Positions 24,198-37,260 of a stretch of DNA of 64,000 nucleotides are shown in pieces (the stretch's first letter is position 1; the number at the start of each line of letters is the position of its first letter). Source of the stretch: Mobula hypostoma (Eukaryota); assembly GCF_963921235.1 (NCBI RefSeq), contig NC_086108.1:41604001-41668000 (forward strand). The letters are read 5' to 3'. Under the pieces are notes generated by a model. That model was not told the DNA's origin and did no database searches. It saw only the letters and a program-made list of their open reading frames with translations. The translations under genes were made by a program, and so were the position numbers.

Positions 24198-27100
24198 AGA
24201 AGTGTAGGCAGTGTAGTGCGGCGTAACTAAAAATATGGATTTATACCGCCACCAAGCAACCAACAGCAGCCTTTGTGTCTGTTGCGTGAAATAGTTTTTT
24301 TCAAATGAGGCATTGAAATATCCAGGTGCTTGAACATTTAAGGAGAATACACTCTGATAAAGCAAACAAGAACCTGGCTTATTTCAGTCACTTAGTGAAA
24401 ATCTTCGGAAATGGAAAACATTTCAAAAGATGTTTGCCAGCACCTCACAACAAAACAGTAATAGCTTGCGTGCTTCAAACAACATTTCATTGCTCATTGC
24501 TAAATCTGGAAAGCCCCACACAATTGGAGAAGAACTGATTCTGCCAGCAGTAAGGGAGGTTCTGAGTATGTTTTTGCAAGTCACCAGACCAAATAATTAA
24601 AGTGATTCTGCTCAGTGACAACTCTTTTCAAAGTTGAATAGATGAAATGTCTGAGAATGTAGAAGACCCCTTGTTCAACATACAAAGGACATCAGAAGTT
24701 GCTCTGCAGTTAGTTGAGTCAACATATCTATATATTTACCAATCACTGTGTAATTCATAGACAACCATTTTGTCACAAAAAGCCTCAGTGACGGCTGCAC
24801 AAATTATTAAATGCTGTTATCATAGCGGTAAATAAAATCAAGTCCCATGTTCTCAATTCTCAACCATTTCAAGAGTTTTGTATTGAGAATAATGATGAAC
24901 AGTTTGAATGCTTCCTGGTGTACACATAGTTTCGAAGGGAAACTGCCCGCGATGCTTTTCTGTGCATTTTTAAACTGTGATAAAATTCTTTGAAGACTCA
25001 AATGCTTCATTCAGTAATCAACTCAAGAATATTAGGCATAGCATTGCTTATTTGACAGAATTACTCTCAAAGTTTAATTAAATCAAACTTCATTTGCAAG
25101 GAAATGATGTGGATCTTATCAAAGTTAAATTAATTCTCTCCATAGAAGTTAATCCTATTTAAGTGCTTCATTGGCTGTCATGATCTTTTCCAATTTCTGA
25201 GCTTCTCTGAGTTGGAAGAGAAAGAAAGAATACCAGTTGATGATCTTCAAGTAAACTGTGTTCTCCTGGGTGAGCTGCATAAGGACATGTCAGAGAGATT
25301 TCAGGATCTTCTCTCCATCCAAATTCTGGACTGGGAATAAACCCGTTCCTGAACATGTGATGAGGAATTAATAGGAAGGATGGAGAATGAATTGATCTTG
25401 CTGCAAAATGACTTTGAGCTGAAGCCAGTGTTCAAAAAAATCATACCAAGACTTATGGTTGCAGAAAGAAATCTCAGAATGCTATCCTGTACTGTAGATA
25501 AAGGTCAAGAAGTTCTTTATTGACTTTCCAACATCATATTTAGTAGAATACGGTTTCAATGCAGTCATCTGACTTCTTTCAAAGCAAGAAAACAGTCTGC
25601 AAATGACTAAAAGTGGGGATCGGGATGTGAGTCTCCTTCTGAATACTATTCAGCCTGATGTCAAGCAGCTGATATCACTGAGCCAAGCCCATCCAGGTGA
25701 AAAAGCAATGAATCCGTGAACAGTTGGACGATTAATGTACACCCTAAAATTGAGGAAAATTATTTTACCGTAGTTAAATAAAGAAATAATTTTATTTGTA
25801 GCTTTAAATAAACTTGAATTTTTTTTTTGCAATTATTTATCACTGCTTTGGATTTGCAGTTCCTATTTTCTTTCACTGTGCATCATAAATTAACATTCTT
25901 TACAGTTTTTATGTAATGGCTGGAGAGAGAAAGTGGGGTGCTGGGGATGGGGTCTGGGAGACAAGGAGGCGATAACCCATAACAGTTTGGGAACCACTGG
26001 CTTAGATCAACTAACAAGATACTGTGTGTGTGTGTGTGGCTTGTGGATCTCAATATGAAGGATTCCTTACAATGGTTCCAGACTTGGTCTGACACTGAAA
26101 GGAGTGTTGTGAGGTAAATTTTATTACCTGTAGGGTATGGAGAGCCAGTATTGTTCATCACTGACCTGGGTTCTTCCATGATTCTGAGGCAATAATCTCC
26201 CTAACAAATTCAGCCTAGGACATCTCTGGGACACTGTTCTAGGTTGAGTGAACAGTTAAGGAGTTTTAAATGTGGAATGACTTTCCTATATTAACTTAGT
26301 ATGGCATAGCTAATATTGTACCTAAAGAATGCACTCTATAAAAACATCATCCATCCAAAACCAATTCGTGTTTTATGTTGTCGCTTTTTTTCAAGAGACT
26401 GGCTCTCTCTCCCAGTCTGTCTTTCGCACTCTTTCTCACTCCTTCAGCTAAGTTACTATTTTAGCCTCACATTCAAACTTAATTTACTTTCTGATCTGTA
26501 CATAATAGACCTTGAAGTGTGACATCACTTACACAACAAACTTCAATAATACTATTATTGGCAGAATTCTAGCTGTTTGGGTATCAACAAAAATGCTTTA
26601 CAATGTTTCTGAATTTCCATTAGCTTGATTGTGATCTAAAACAAAATAGCAATGTGATATATATTAACCTACAATTCACTAATTACTTTTAGTTGTGCAG
26701 ACACCTAAAATCAAAGCTCTGTAGCATGTCTTCTGTTTAGCTTTGACTTGTGTTGCACCCTCAGTGCAGAAAAGTGTTGAAAGGTACTTTATGCCATCAC
26801 ATTCCGAGGAATTGCCCAAAGGAGGATTGTTGACTTTGTTGAAAGAGATGGTGTAAATGTAGTGAATTCAATAGTTCAGTAATATTTGAGTAATGTTATA
26901 AATATACTGCTTGATTAATCATCCTTTGGTTACATAATTCATTATTGGTTATATGTATGAAGTTCGTGAATGGCATATGTCATTATGTCACGTGTGCGGG
27001 CCATACTAAAGTAAGTATATACATTTGTACGGGTTCCTGTGTTTTTCTTTTGAGAAGCTTCTGTAGTTACAAAACATAACAGTAAGGGTTTTGTGAAGGA

Positions 27101-30100
27101 AGCGGAGAACATGAAGCCTGGGCAAATGAGCAACTATGAGCTAACAGTGGTCCATGAAAGATGCCAGGGAGGGAATGAAGGAAACTCAGTGTGGAATGCA
27201 GTGTTGTCAGAAGTTCCAGAGATAAGAATGGGTAAGATTGATGCAAAGGAGTTTTCACGTGAGGACCGGGTGTTAGTTTAGGTCAGCAAGGACATGCATT
27301 GAGTAAACAAATGTTTTGGTTAGCTTTAACCAGGTGTTGTGCTTCCAGAATGTGGTTGGAGCTGCTCTCATCCAGGCAGATGCAGGGTATTCTATCCTAC
27401 TGCTGACTGTAATAGATGACAAAAAAGTTTTGGAGAGTTTAAGGGGTTGTGAGTCACTTGAAATTGACCATTCAGTCTTTTGTCGTAATTCTGTGATTCA
27501 TCGGGCCAAGTTTTTGGCAAATGGTGTAGCCCAGGATATTGAGCGTGCGGTATTTAGCAGTGGTAATTCGGTATAATGTTAAAGATAGGTGGGGAGAGCT
27601 TCTCTCATTGTAGATGGCCTTTGCCAGTCTTTTATTTCTCAGAAATGTTACTGCCTCTTACTAACTTCGTCTGTCTAAATGTTGTGGAGATTGGCTGTTC
27701 TGTTTGCTTCATTATTTGTGGCAAATGTGAATTATTAGTTATCAAAAATGAGTTTCCTAACTCCACCTCTCTTATAAAAATCTTTCTTCCTCCTACAATG
27801 ATCACTCATAGCTGGTGCACTATTGCGTGCATTGGGCCTTTAGCCCTGAGGAGTCACTAATCAGAGTGTTTGGAGTAGAGCTTCATATTATGTGATTTTT
27901 GTAGTCATACAATTGAGACTGAATGTGACATTTCATATAATATAAACATAAAGATGCAGGCACTGTTCTATAGTGCTGCCATGTGTGCTGAAGAACCATA
28001 CAGTCTTCAAGTCATCGTCGTTGATAAGATCTTACTCCCAGAGAGGTTATTTTGATCAAAAGCCAACAAATCACTTCTGTGTTTCCAGAGCATTACAAAA
28101 AATACAGCAATAAAAATGTGACACTCTCATACCACTCTTTAAGGTAATTAAAGAAAGCTGCAGTTTAAATTACTGGCCCTGACTGGCATGTTCTTTTCTT
28201 ACTTAATCAATAGTTCTTGAGGAAGTTTTCTGCATCATCAGTGCAATTTCTACCACAGGCTTTTGTTTGTTAGCTAGTTTGCACATAATGCTAGGTTTGA
28301 TATATTGTGTGTGACATTAGAAAAGCAGCCAAAGGCTAAATAAAAGGAATAACAATTTTTGTCTTGTTGCATTGTCTGCTGCAGAGTGTTATTAGTGTTT
28401 TGATTGGTATCATAACAGCAGGCTATTTATAATTAAGGCCCAATGCTTTGATGCTTATTCACAAGAGCCTGAGGGATTTTAAAAGCTTTGATGCTTTTCT
28501 GTAAGGTATTACAGCACTATAGCTTAAGATCGCTGTTTTCATATATATTAAGTTGTTTTGAGTTTTTTTAAAAATTCTATTGACTAAGTCAACACAGCTT
28601 TAAAGTTAAGTTGATATATCTTGAGAAGTTTTCCTGCTTGAACACAAAACCACAGTATCATTTAATCACTTTACATGTTTTCAAATCTTCATTTTATACA
28701 TCAATGAGTTAACAGAGATTGAGCAATTAGGGAAGTTTTTGATTCACCAAGCAACAGGCAGATTCAACTCACCGTTGATTGCAGTATTTAACCATGTTGA
28801 CCACACTTGAGCTCCACTGATACCTGCTATGACAGTAGGGGAAAGCGATACATAACTTTGTTTGCGCCATCATTGATGGAACGACTACAAATAAATAATC
28901 AATATTAGTCTTGATTAGGTTCACAGGTGAGACTGAGGCAATTATCTTAGGCCTTTGGACAAATAGGTCTAGGAATATAGTACAGGCCTTTGTCCACAAA
29001 TAACGTCTCTGCTAAAGGACCAGTAAACTTGGTAACTTAAGGGAAACTCAAAAACAAAACATTTTCAAGATTCTGTTATAGCATCTGATTTGACAGCAGT
29101 GGTTCTAGTCTGGGGATATGCTGTACCATGGAGCTTCATTTCTAATCTTAATATGACCATTCACCTTACGTGGAAACACTCGAGAATTTTTCCGATTTCT
29201 TTCTCCTGTAGATAAGAGAAACTGCTGCTTACAGAAAAGAGAAACACTTCATATCTCTTCCATGTCATTGTACATCTGTTCCGATCTGGTATCATATTAA
29301 GACAACATTTCAAACGTGATTTGATTGGTGACTAAGTATTTAAATAAATATCTTGCTCAACTTTCTAGATCTTCCCAATGATTCTTCAAAATTGTGAATT
29401 CTAAAATTTCCCCTCCTTCAGCTAAGTACTTTCTTCTCAAAATCAATACTTTGGATCAAATAGCTAATTAACCTTCTGCATAAGAGCCTTTTTAATTTGA
29501 TGTGAAAAACCTGGCTGGCTGATAAATGCACATCAAAAATGCCAAGTATAAATTCATTCCTGCACACCCTTTCTAAGAATTTTGGAGTTGAATTTTGCTG
29601 CTATGTATATGGCAGGTAAGCAGTGTCTGTGTAGATTTAAAGTAGCCCCAGTCTATTTTCTTAACAACAAAAGGATCCTTTGAGATAGTACCAATTTACT
29701 ACTCTTGCCGTAGTTTTCCCTGAGTAAGCCTCCCTCTGCCAAACATTAGTACTCAATTTACATTGATGCTGGGGAACAGCAACTGCTTTCTCGACTGCCA
29801 GATTACAAGTGTTGCACTTCTCTGGTATTTGCATACTTTGATTAATGAACATCTGGTATTCCTCAGCCATTGGGGAAAAGCTCGATGCCAAACAGTTCAT
29901 TATCTTCCATTATTTTACACCCTATTAAAATGACAGGCTTCAACAAGCATCTCTCCCAACAAAGTTAGATTATTAGGAAGCACTTGTTTGTATAACATTA
30001 TTCTCCCTTTGCTATCGTTCCAAGTAATTCCGATTGATGTTAATGCGACATCTAATTGTATATTGCACAGCCAAACAACACTGGACACGCTGAATTGGTC

Positions 30101-30784
30101 TGAATATGTAAGTTAAATAGACTTACTATGAGAACTGCTGGAAATCTAGTTGTGAAATGAATGTTTCACACTACATTTCTGATATTTCTCAACAGGACTA
30201 ACAGTAAGTTCACAAACTTGCAAATTCCAAAACCTGCAGGTTTGGAAGACTGCTCTTTGTTGATGATGTCCGGTCCTTATAATCAACCTTGTTCTCCTCT
30301 TTGAGTCTGGTGTTGGAATGCAGAGCTGACAAACATTTAGACCTAGTGCTTGGACAACAGGGAAATCCCTGCAAGGTTAAGGGTAAATAATGTACTGTAT
30401 ATAAATTAACTTATATTTTAATTAAACAACTTTAAATTTAAAATATTAGAAATTATTAAATCTTGAACAGGATTGACAATTTGGCGTCAACCCTGTTCAA
30501 GATTTGGTGATATGACTTAGCAGCCTGTCAAAGTTTTAAATTTGATCCCTTAACGTTATTTATGTCTTTCAAATCAACACTGGCTGATCTGGAGAAAGTA
30601 AGTTTGTACTTGCCTTGTGACAAGTGTGGTCACCTCGCTACAGTTGGAGTCGCAGAGAGGTACAGTCCAGAAACAGCCCCAAAACAACCCCTCTGCACCA
30701 AGTCCATCACAGTAGTCAATCACCATCAATATTTGTCTTTCACTAATCCCTTTATTTTTTGGTCTCCCCAAAGATTCTATCACT

Positions 30785-30990
30785 TACTTACATAATGGGG
30801 CTACTTATAGTGGCCAGTTTACCTCCCAACGTTCATATCTTTGGGATGTGGGAGGGAAATGGAGCACCTGAAAATAACCTATGCAGCCACAGAGAGAAAG
30901 TGCAAACTCTATACAGGCAGCATTTGAGGTCATAATCGAACCCAGACCTTCACACTGTGAGACAGCAACTCTACTTACAGCACCATCCTT
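30785..30990 (-). mobile_element. HE1/V-SINE-like element, decayed
   Basis: tctttgggatgtgggagggaaatggagcacctg...gtgcaaactc...gtcataatcgaaccc (reverse B box). Confidence 0.6.
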
Positions 30991-31407
30991 CAGACCCATT
31001 CTCTTAGAAAGCGTACTAGACATTTAATGATCTTTCGTGGGTCAAGAGAACAGGAGCTCCCTGAATGCAGAACACCTTGAAGCTAAGGGATAGATGAAAC
31101 AAAGTACATTATTTTTTTTTACATTTACTGTATTTTGTATTTTTGAAATAGTAATTGAATTGCTTGTGGAATATAAGCTGAAATAATGAAGGACCATATT
31201 TCCATGGTCAGTCCCATTGATCTGTTTGGTTCAAGATTGAATGCAATGGCATGTGCAGAAGCCATGAAGATTGTATAGAGTTTGCAATGTGAAGTCTCCA
31301 GACCTACTTGCAATATCTGGCCGTGTATTAGTCATTCTGATCCAAGCTAGAGCAAGAAAACAGATGTTGTAATTAGCCTCGGCAGCTGGATACTAAGGTG
31401 GGTTGGT

Positions 31408-32588
31408 GAGTCATAGGCTTATAGTAGACATCAGTAGATAAACTAAAGGTGTAACCATGGGCACCTGTATGGGTCCCAGCTATGCCTGCCTGTTTGTTGG
31501 CTTTGTGGAACAATCTATGTTCCAAACCTATTCTGATATCTGTCCCCCACTTTCCCTTCGCTACATTGATGACTGCATTGGCGCTGCTTCCTGCACGCAT
31601 GCTGAGCTCGTTGACTTCATTAACTTTGCCTCCACCTTTCACCCTGCCCTCAAGTTTACCTGGTCCATTTCTGACACCTCCCTCCCCTTTCTAGATCTTT
31701 CTGTCTCTGTCTCTGGAGACAGCTTATCTACTGATGTCTACTATAAGCCTACTGACTCTCATAGCTATCTGGACTATTCCTCTTCTCACCCTGTCTCTTG
31801 CAAAAATGCCATCCCCTTCTCGCAATTCCTCCGTCTCCGCCGTATCTGCTCTCAGGATGAGGCTTTTCATTCCAGGACGAAGGAGATGTCCTCCTTTTTT
31901 AAAGAAAAGGGCTTCCCTTCCTCCACCATCAACTCTGCTCTCAACACATCTCCCCCATTTCACACACATCTGCTGTCACTCCATCCTCCCGCCACCCCAC
32001 TAGGAATAGGATTCCCCTTGTCCTCACCTACCACCACACCAGCCTCTGGTCCAACATATAATTCTCCGTAACTACCGCCACCTCCAACGGGATCCCACCA
32101 CCAAGCACATCTTTCCCTCACCACCACCCCCCCGCTTTCCGCAGGGATCGCTCCCTACAGGACTCCTTTGTCCATTCGTCCCCTCCATCCCTCCCCACTG
32201 ATCTCCCTCCTGGCACTTATCCTTTTAAGTGGAACAAGTGCTACATATGCCCTTACACTTCCTCCCTCACTACCATTCAGGGCCCCAGACAGTCCTTCCA
32301 GCTGAGGCGACACTTCACCTGTGAGTCGGCTGGGGTGATATACTGCATCCGGTGCTCCCGATGCGGCCTTCAACATATTGGCGAGACCCGATGCAGACTT
32401 GGAGATCGTTTCGCTGAACACCTACGCTTTGTCCGCCAGAGAAAGCAGGATCTCCCAGTGGCCACACATTTTAATTCCACGTCCCATTCCCATTCTGAAT
32501 TGTCTATCCACGGCCTCTTCTACTGTCAAGATGAAGCCACACTCAGGTTGGAGGAACAACACCTTGTATTCCGTCTGGGTAGCCTCCG
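31408..32588 (+). mobile_element. Penelope-like retroelement (family A) fragment: RT C-terminal half + GIY-YIG endonuclease
   Basis: ORF 31457-32071 has MGTCMGPSYACLF, LRYIDDC, LPFLDL, YYKPTDSHSYL, IPFSQFLRLRRICS; ORF 32335-32655 has IYCIRC..C...IGET...R..EH. Frameshifted; 3' pseudo-LTR absent. Confidence 0.92.
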
Positions 32589-34690
32589 ACCTGCACACCT
32601 CTCTCCTCAAGACTCTAGTTATGAGAGATCTGAATTCTTTTATGTCCTTTATTAAAATTATTCATGGATATAAAAATAGTTAGCTAGTCAACACTGATTT
32701 GGAAGGAAACTGCTTTTCACAGATGGACTAAAATGTTGTGCTTCTCCTATCAATAATAACAAAAAACACTATCTGGCATATTTTACATTTAATTTTTATT
32801 GAATGAATTTTTTCTCCTCTCACATTCCAAGTATGTTTATTCTTTACCATCTTTTAGACATCCGCAGGCCATGTAGAAACTAGTAAGAGGATAAGCAGGA
32901 GAAATAATCTTAGGCCACAGGCAACACTGAAAGGGGATTTGGAACTATTTCTTTTGCTTCTTTGCCCCTAACCACTACTCAATCCATGAGTTTCTGAGAA
33001 ATCTTTGTCAGTATAGTTTATACTGGTTATGTCTGTTGAGTGCAGTGAAATTTATGGCACCAATATCCATACTTCTATTATAGTATCACAATGTGTAATC
33101 ATTGTTTATATCGTACACCAGAGGTATTCTGCACTTCTATCCCAATCAAGAAAACTAACACTGAATAAATCTATTTTACAGTGCTTTGAGGTATATAGCC
33201 TATCAAAAAGTTCAGTAAATATGGGTACTTGAAAGATAATAAGTGGCAAATATATACTGTATATAGAGAGAGTGCCTGACTGGATTGCTCCATTAAAGAC
33301 CTAGTGCAGATTAAATGAGCTGAATTGCCTTCTCCTGTACTGTGCTGGACATGATTCTACAACAGATCTGTGCTAACAGTCACGCTACACGTGAGCTGCT
33401 TCCTGTCTTAACATTATCCAGTCCATTCTGTATATCTTTAAATACCCTTAATCCATATTAATCTATCCTGCCCTTAAATTCATGTATGATTTTCATTTCA
33501 ATCACTCTATATGGTGTAAATTTCATGACAAACCTTCATGGTCATTATTAACTATATACATATTTAACTATGACTAAGATTACTGTTTCTGCGAGTGTTC
33601 CTAGTTATGATTACTTCAACCAGTGCTTGAGATATTACCAAACATGGATACTGAGCATCCTTGTTACGTTGCCTCACACTTAACAGAGCCACATTGTAAA
33701 CCTGGTTAAGAGTGAGTGACGCCACAGGAGGTCACATTCAATTACTTGTAACTGATTCTAACACTAAGCCCACTCTGCCTGAAGCACTCAGGTAGCATCA
33801 TTAACATACTTTTCAGCACAATTAAATTGATATAATTTGATTGACGCCTTTGGGTGATAGTTTCACTGACATAATTATTTATACTGATCCATTGTAGGAA
33901 AAAGAGCTAGAACCATCGAAAATTCTCCAGGCTTGCAGTTAAAACTAAAGATTCTACTCATCATATTTACTCAATAAAAAATTCCAGTCTGCCTTGTTTT
34001 TAATTGCAAATCCTGCTCCAGGGACTGGCTCACTTGCTTAAGAGGCAGCAATGTTCCATTCACCACTGAACATTCTGCAGTCAATTATGGTAATGAATTG
34101 TCAATAAATATAAAAATTTAATATAGTCGGCTCTGAGTGAGTGGCAGATATGGACTTGCCTCACAGACAAATTTGCTACTGCTGCAAATATTAAGTGCAC
34201 CTGAAAGAGCTGCTGGCAAGCTGACAAGTCTGTAAGGACCTACAGCACAGCTTAGGGAGTTAAAGAAGCCCCTAGGTAGGTTCCACGTGATGCCATCTCA
34301 CTATGCACTTTGAGTCATCATCTACCTGAACACTACAAAATACTTCACAGTTTTTGGATCAAAGGCCTAAACCAAGAATAAATTAAAGGATACTTCAGAA
34401 TTTTTTAGGCAACACCATTTTCTAGTGAGCTTCTGCTTTGCTGCATACTTGTTGTTGATTGCTTGGATTAAATAAGGGTTGTGGGAAACCATCACATTAG
34501 ATGGGTTGGCTTTGGTCTGTATCCTTTATTAATCTGTTTTCCATTGTTAAACCACAAAGCTCACAAGCAAGCACTTATCTCCTGGCTTAGAAGTTAAACC
34601 GCATTTTATTATCGATGTGATCACATCTTAAGTTGAAGCAGGGAATATAAAAATTATTCGTTGGAATAAAATTGCCATAATAAATTATAA

Positions 34691-34888
<198 letters not shown>

Positions 34889-35054
34889 TAAAATTTTAAT
34901 CAGATGTCAATGCATTTGACTTATTAGTTGGACTTTTTGAACAAAGGTGCACTGTCTCTTGGTTTAAAACTTGAAAAGCAGTGTGGGAAGTAGTAATACA
35001 GAAAGATGTTTGTCATGTTGACAGACATGTTGGCATTTTGGCTGCTGGTTAGAG

Positions 35055-35160
35055 AAAAGCAAAATACTGCAGCTGCTGGAAATCTGAAACAAAAACAGAA
35101 ATACTGGGGATGCTCAGTAGGTTAGCCAGAGAGAGAGAAAACAAGCTAATATTTCAGGCC
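35055..35160 (-). mobile_element. Old Penelope-derived pseudo-LTR remnant
   Basis: aatactgcagctgctggaaatctgaaac...aatactgg...gctcagtagg resembles the family A pseudo-LTR reverse strand. Confidence 0.5.
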
Positions 35161-35796
35161 TCTGGTATACTAGACTCCCTCACAGCTGACTGGTGGTACT
35201 GAGTAAGTCTGGCTCTTGGGCATGTCAAATGCCAGTGAATAAAATTGAATTTCTCCACTTCAGAGTAACAAAGCATTATATTGCTGTCATTTATAGTGTC
35301 CAAACAGTGGGAATCGGTAAAACAGGCAGAAGATGAATGGAAATGGAACATAAAGGCTTCCATGACTGTCTAACAGCAATGTGGATAGGACTTATTTTTC
35401 GCTTGAAAAAAAAATTGAGCTGAACAATTTTTCTGTGAAAATATTTCTGGCAAGCATTTTTCTATAGAATCCCCTACATATCCTTAGTTATCTGTGAATG
35501 GGAGATGTGTTGTAAACAGACATCGCTCTCAAGCTAAGCTTAAAATGTTATAAACTAAGAGAAAATAAAAGAATATTTCAGACAGGAGTAGATCAAGCAG
35601 CCCCTCAAACCTGCTCCATCATTCTGTAAAGTTATGGCTGGTCTACACTTGGGTTCAGCTCCACTTTCTAACCAATTTTCCCCATAAACATCAACTATTG
35701 TTCAAAAATCAGTATTGAATATATTTAATGCTTTAGCTTCAACTTTGGCTGTGACAGTAAATTCCAAAGATTAATGACTTCTTGGAAAGACAAATT

Positions 35797-36065
35797 TGTA
35801 GTAGTTAGCACAACACTTTACAATACCAGCGACCCAGAGTTCAATTCCTGCCACTTCCTCTAAAGAATTTGTATATTCTCCCCATGACCACACTAGCTTC
35901 CTCTAGATGTTCTGGTTTTTTCCCACAGTCCAAAGGCTTACCAGTTAGTAGGTTAATTGGTCATTGTAAATTGACCTATGATTAGGCTCGGATTAAATCA
36001 GAGGATTGCTGGGTGGCATGGCTCGAAGGGCTAGAAGGGCCTATTCCACACTGGATCTCAGTAAA
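35797..36065 (+). mobile_element. HE1/V-SINE-like element
   Basis: gtagtagttagc (A box), gagttcaattcc (B box), tcccacagtccaaagg...gtaggttaattggtcattgtaaattg core. Confidence 0.7.
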
Positions 36066-36396
36066 TTATTAAATACATTGCTTAAATGAGCAAGCACTTA
36101 CTCTAAGGCCCTAGCTATAATTCCCTCATGAAAGAAAACATTATCTTAGCATTATAGGTAAATCCCTCAAAATCTTAAATGTTTTTAGTGAGATCACCTT
36201 TAAATCTTCCAACTTCTAACCTGATCAGTATTTCCTTGTAATGAAATCAATCCAGTGAGTCTCCTCTGTGTGTCATTCAGATGTTCATTCACATTGGTGA
36301 ACAAAAGCTGAGCGGTGTGTGAAACATTCAAATGATCCATTGCAAACTAATCTCGCTCAAGGAAAATCAGTCAATTCTCAACTTGAAAAGGATACA

Positions 36397-37260
36397 TACA
36401 GAGAGATTTAGGCCAGTTAGAAGGGTGGGCTGAAAGATGGCAGATGGAGTTTAATGCTGATAAGTGTGAGGTGCTACATTTTGGTAGGACTAATCTAAAT
36501 AGGACATACATGTTAAATGGTAGGGCATTGAAGAATACTGTAGAACAGAGGGATCTAGGAATAATGGTACATAGTTCCCTGAAGGTGGAATCTCATGTGG
36601 ATAGGGTGGTGAAGAAAGCTTTTGGTATGCTGGCCTTTATAAATCAGAGCATTGAGTATAGGAGTTGGGATGTAATGTTGAAATTGTATAAGGCATTGGT
36701 AAGGCCAAATTTGGAGTATTGTGTACAGTTCTGGTCACCGAATTGTAGGAAAGATGTCAATAAAATTGAGAGAGTACAGAGGAGATTTACTAGAATGTTA
36801 CCTGGGTTTCAGCACCTAAGTTACAGAGAAAGGTTGAACAAGTTAGGTCTTTATTATTTGGACCGTAGAAGGTTGAGGGGGGACTTGGTAGAGGTATTTA
36901 AAATTATGAGGGGGATAGATAGAGTTGATGTGGATAGGCTTTTTCCATCGAGAGTAGGGGAGATTCAAACAAGAGGACATGAGTTGAGAGTTAGGGGGCA
37001 AAAGTTTAGGGGTAACATGAGGGGGAACTTCTTTACTCAGAGAGTGGTAGCTGTGTGGAACGAGCTTCCAGTAGAAGTGGCAGAGGCAGGTTCGATTTTG
37101 TCATTTTAAAAAAAATTGGATAGGTATATGGACAGGAAAGGAATGGAGGGTTATGGGCTGAGTGCAGGTAGATGGGACTGGGTTGAGAGTAAGCATTCAG
37201 CACAGACTAGAAGGACCGAGATGGCCTGCTTCCGTGCTGTAATTGTTATATGGTTATATG
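36397..37260 (+). mobile_element. Young CR1 LINE 3' end
   Basis: ORF 36444-37109: MEFNADKCEVLHFG...RDLGI...LYKALVRPNLEYCVQFWSP...RLRGDL...FFTQRVV..WNELP; tail GTTATATGGTTATATG. Confidence 0.92.

Larger units (their letters stand above)
23164..25999 (+). mobile_element. hAT transposon of the Charlie/Buster group, decayed, both ends intact
   Basis: TIRs CgGTGaTTCCCAAAg (23164) and GTTTGGGAACCACTG (ends 25999); 8-bp TSD GCTTAAAT / GCTTAGAT. Transposase remnants: IAKSGKPHTIGEELILPA (24496-24549), ALQLVEST (24701), HCVIHRQ (24744), FPTSYLVEYGF (25525). Confidence 0.9.

Noticed and set aside
24326..25700. Domesticated ZBED5/SCAND3-like gene
   Set aside because: Multiple stops and frameshifts, lost catalytic residues and retained TIRs/TSD show a dead transposon.
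29499..29522. GATGTGAAAAACCTG encodes DVKNL, like the start of the NR5A2 terminal exon
   Set aside because: No AG acceptor, a stop follows after two more codons, and it lies upstream of the exon it should follow; chance match.
31457..32655. RT plus nuclease ORFs as a novel retron- or defence-like system or a domesticated gene
   Set aside because: Standard Penelope RT and GIY-YIG layout, truncated and frameshifted, with a second copy at 62271-63438.
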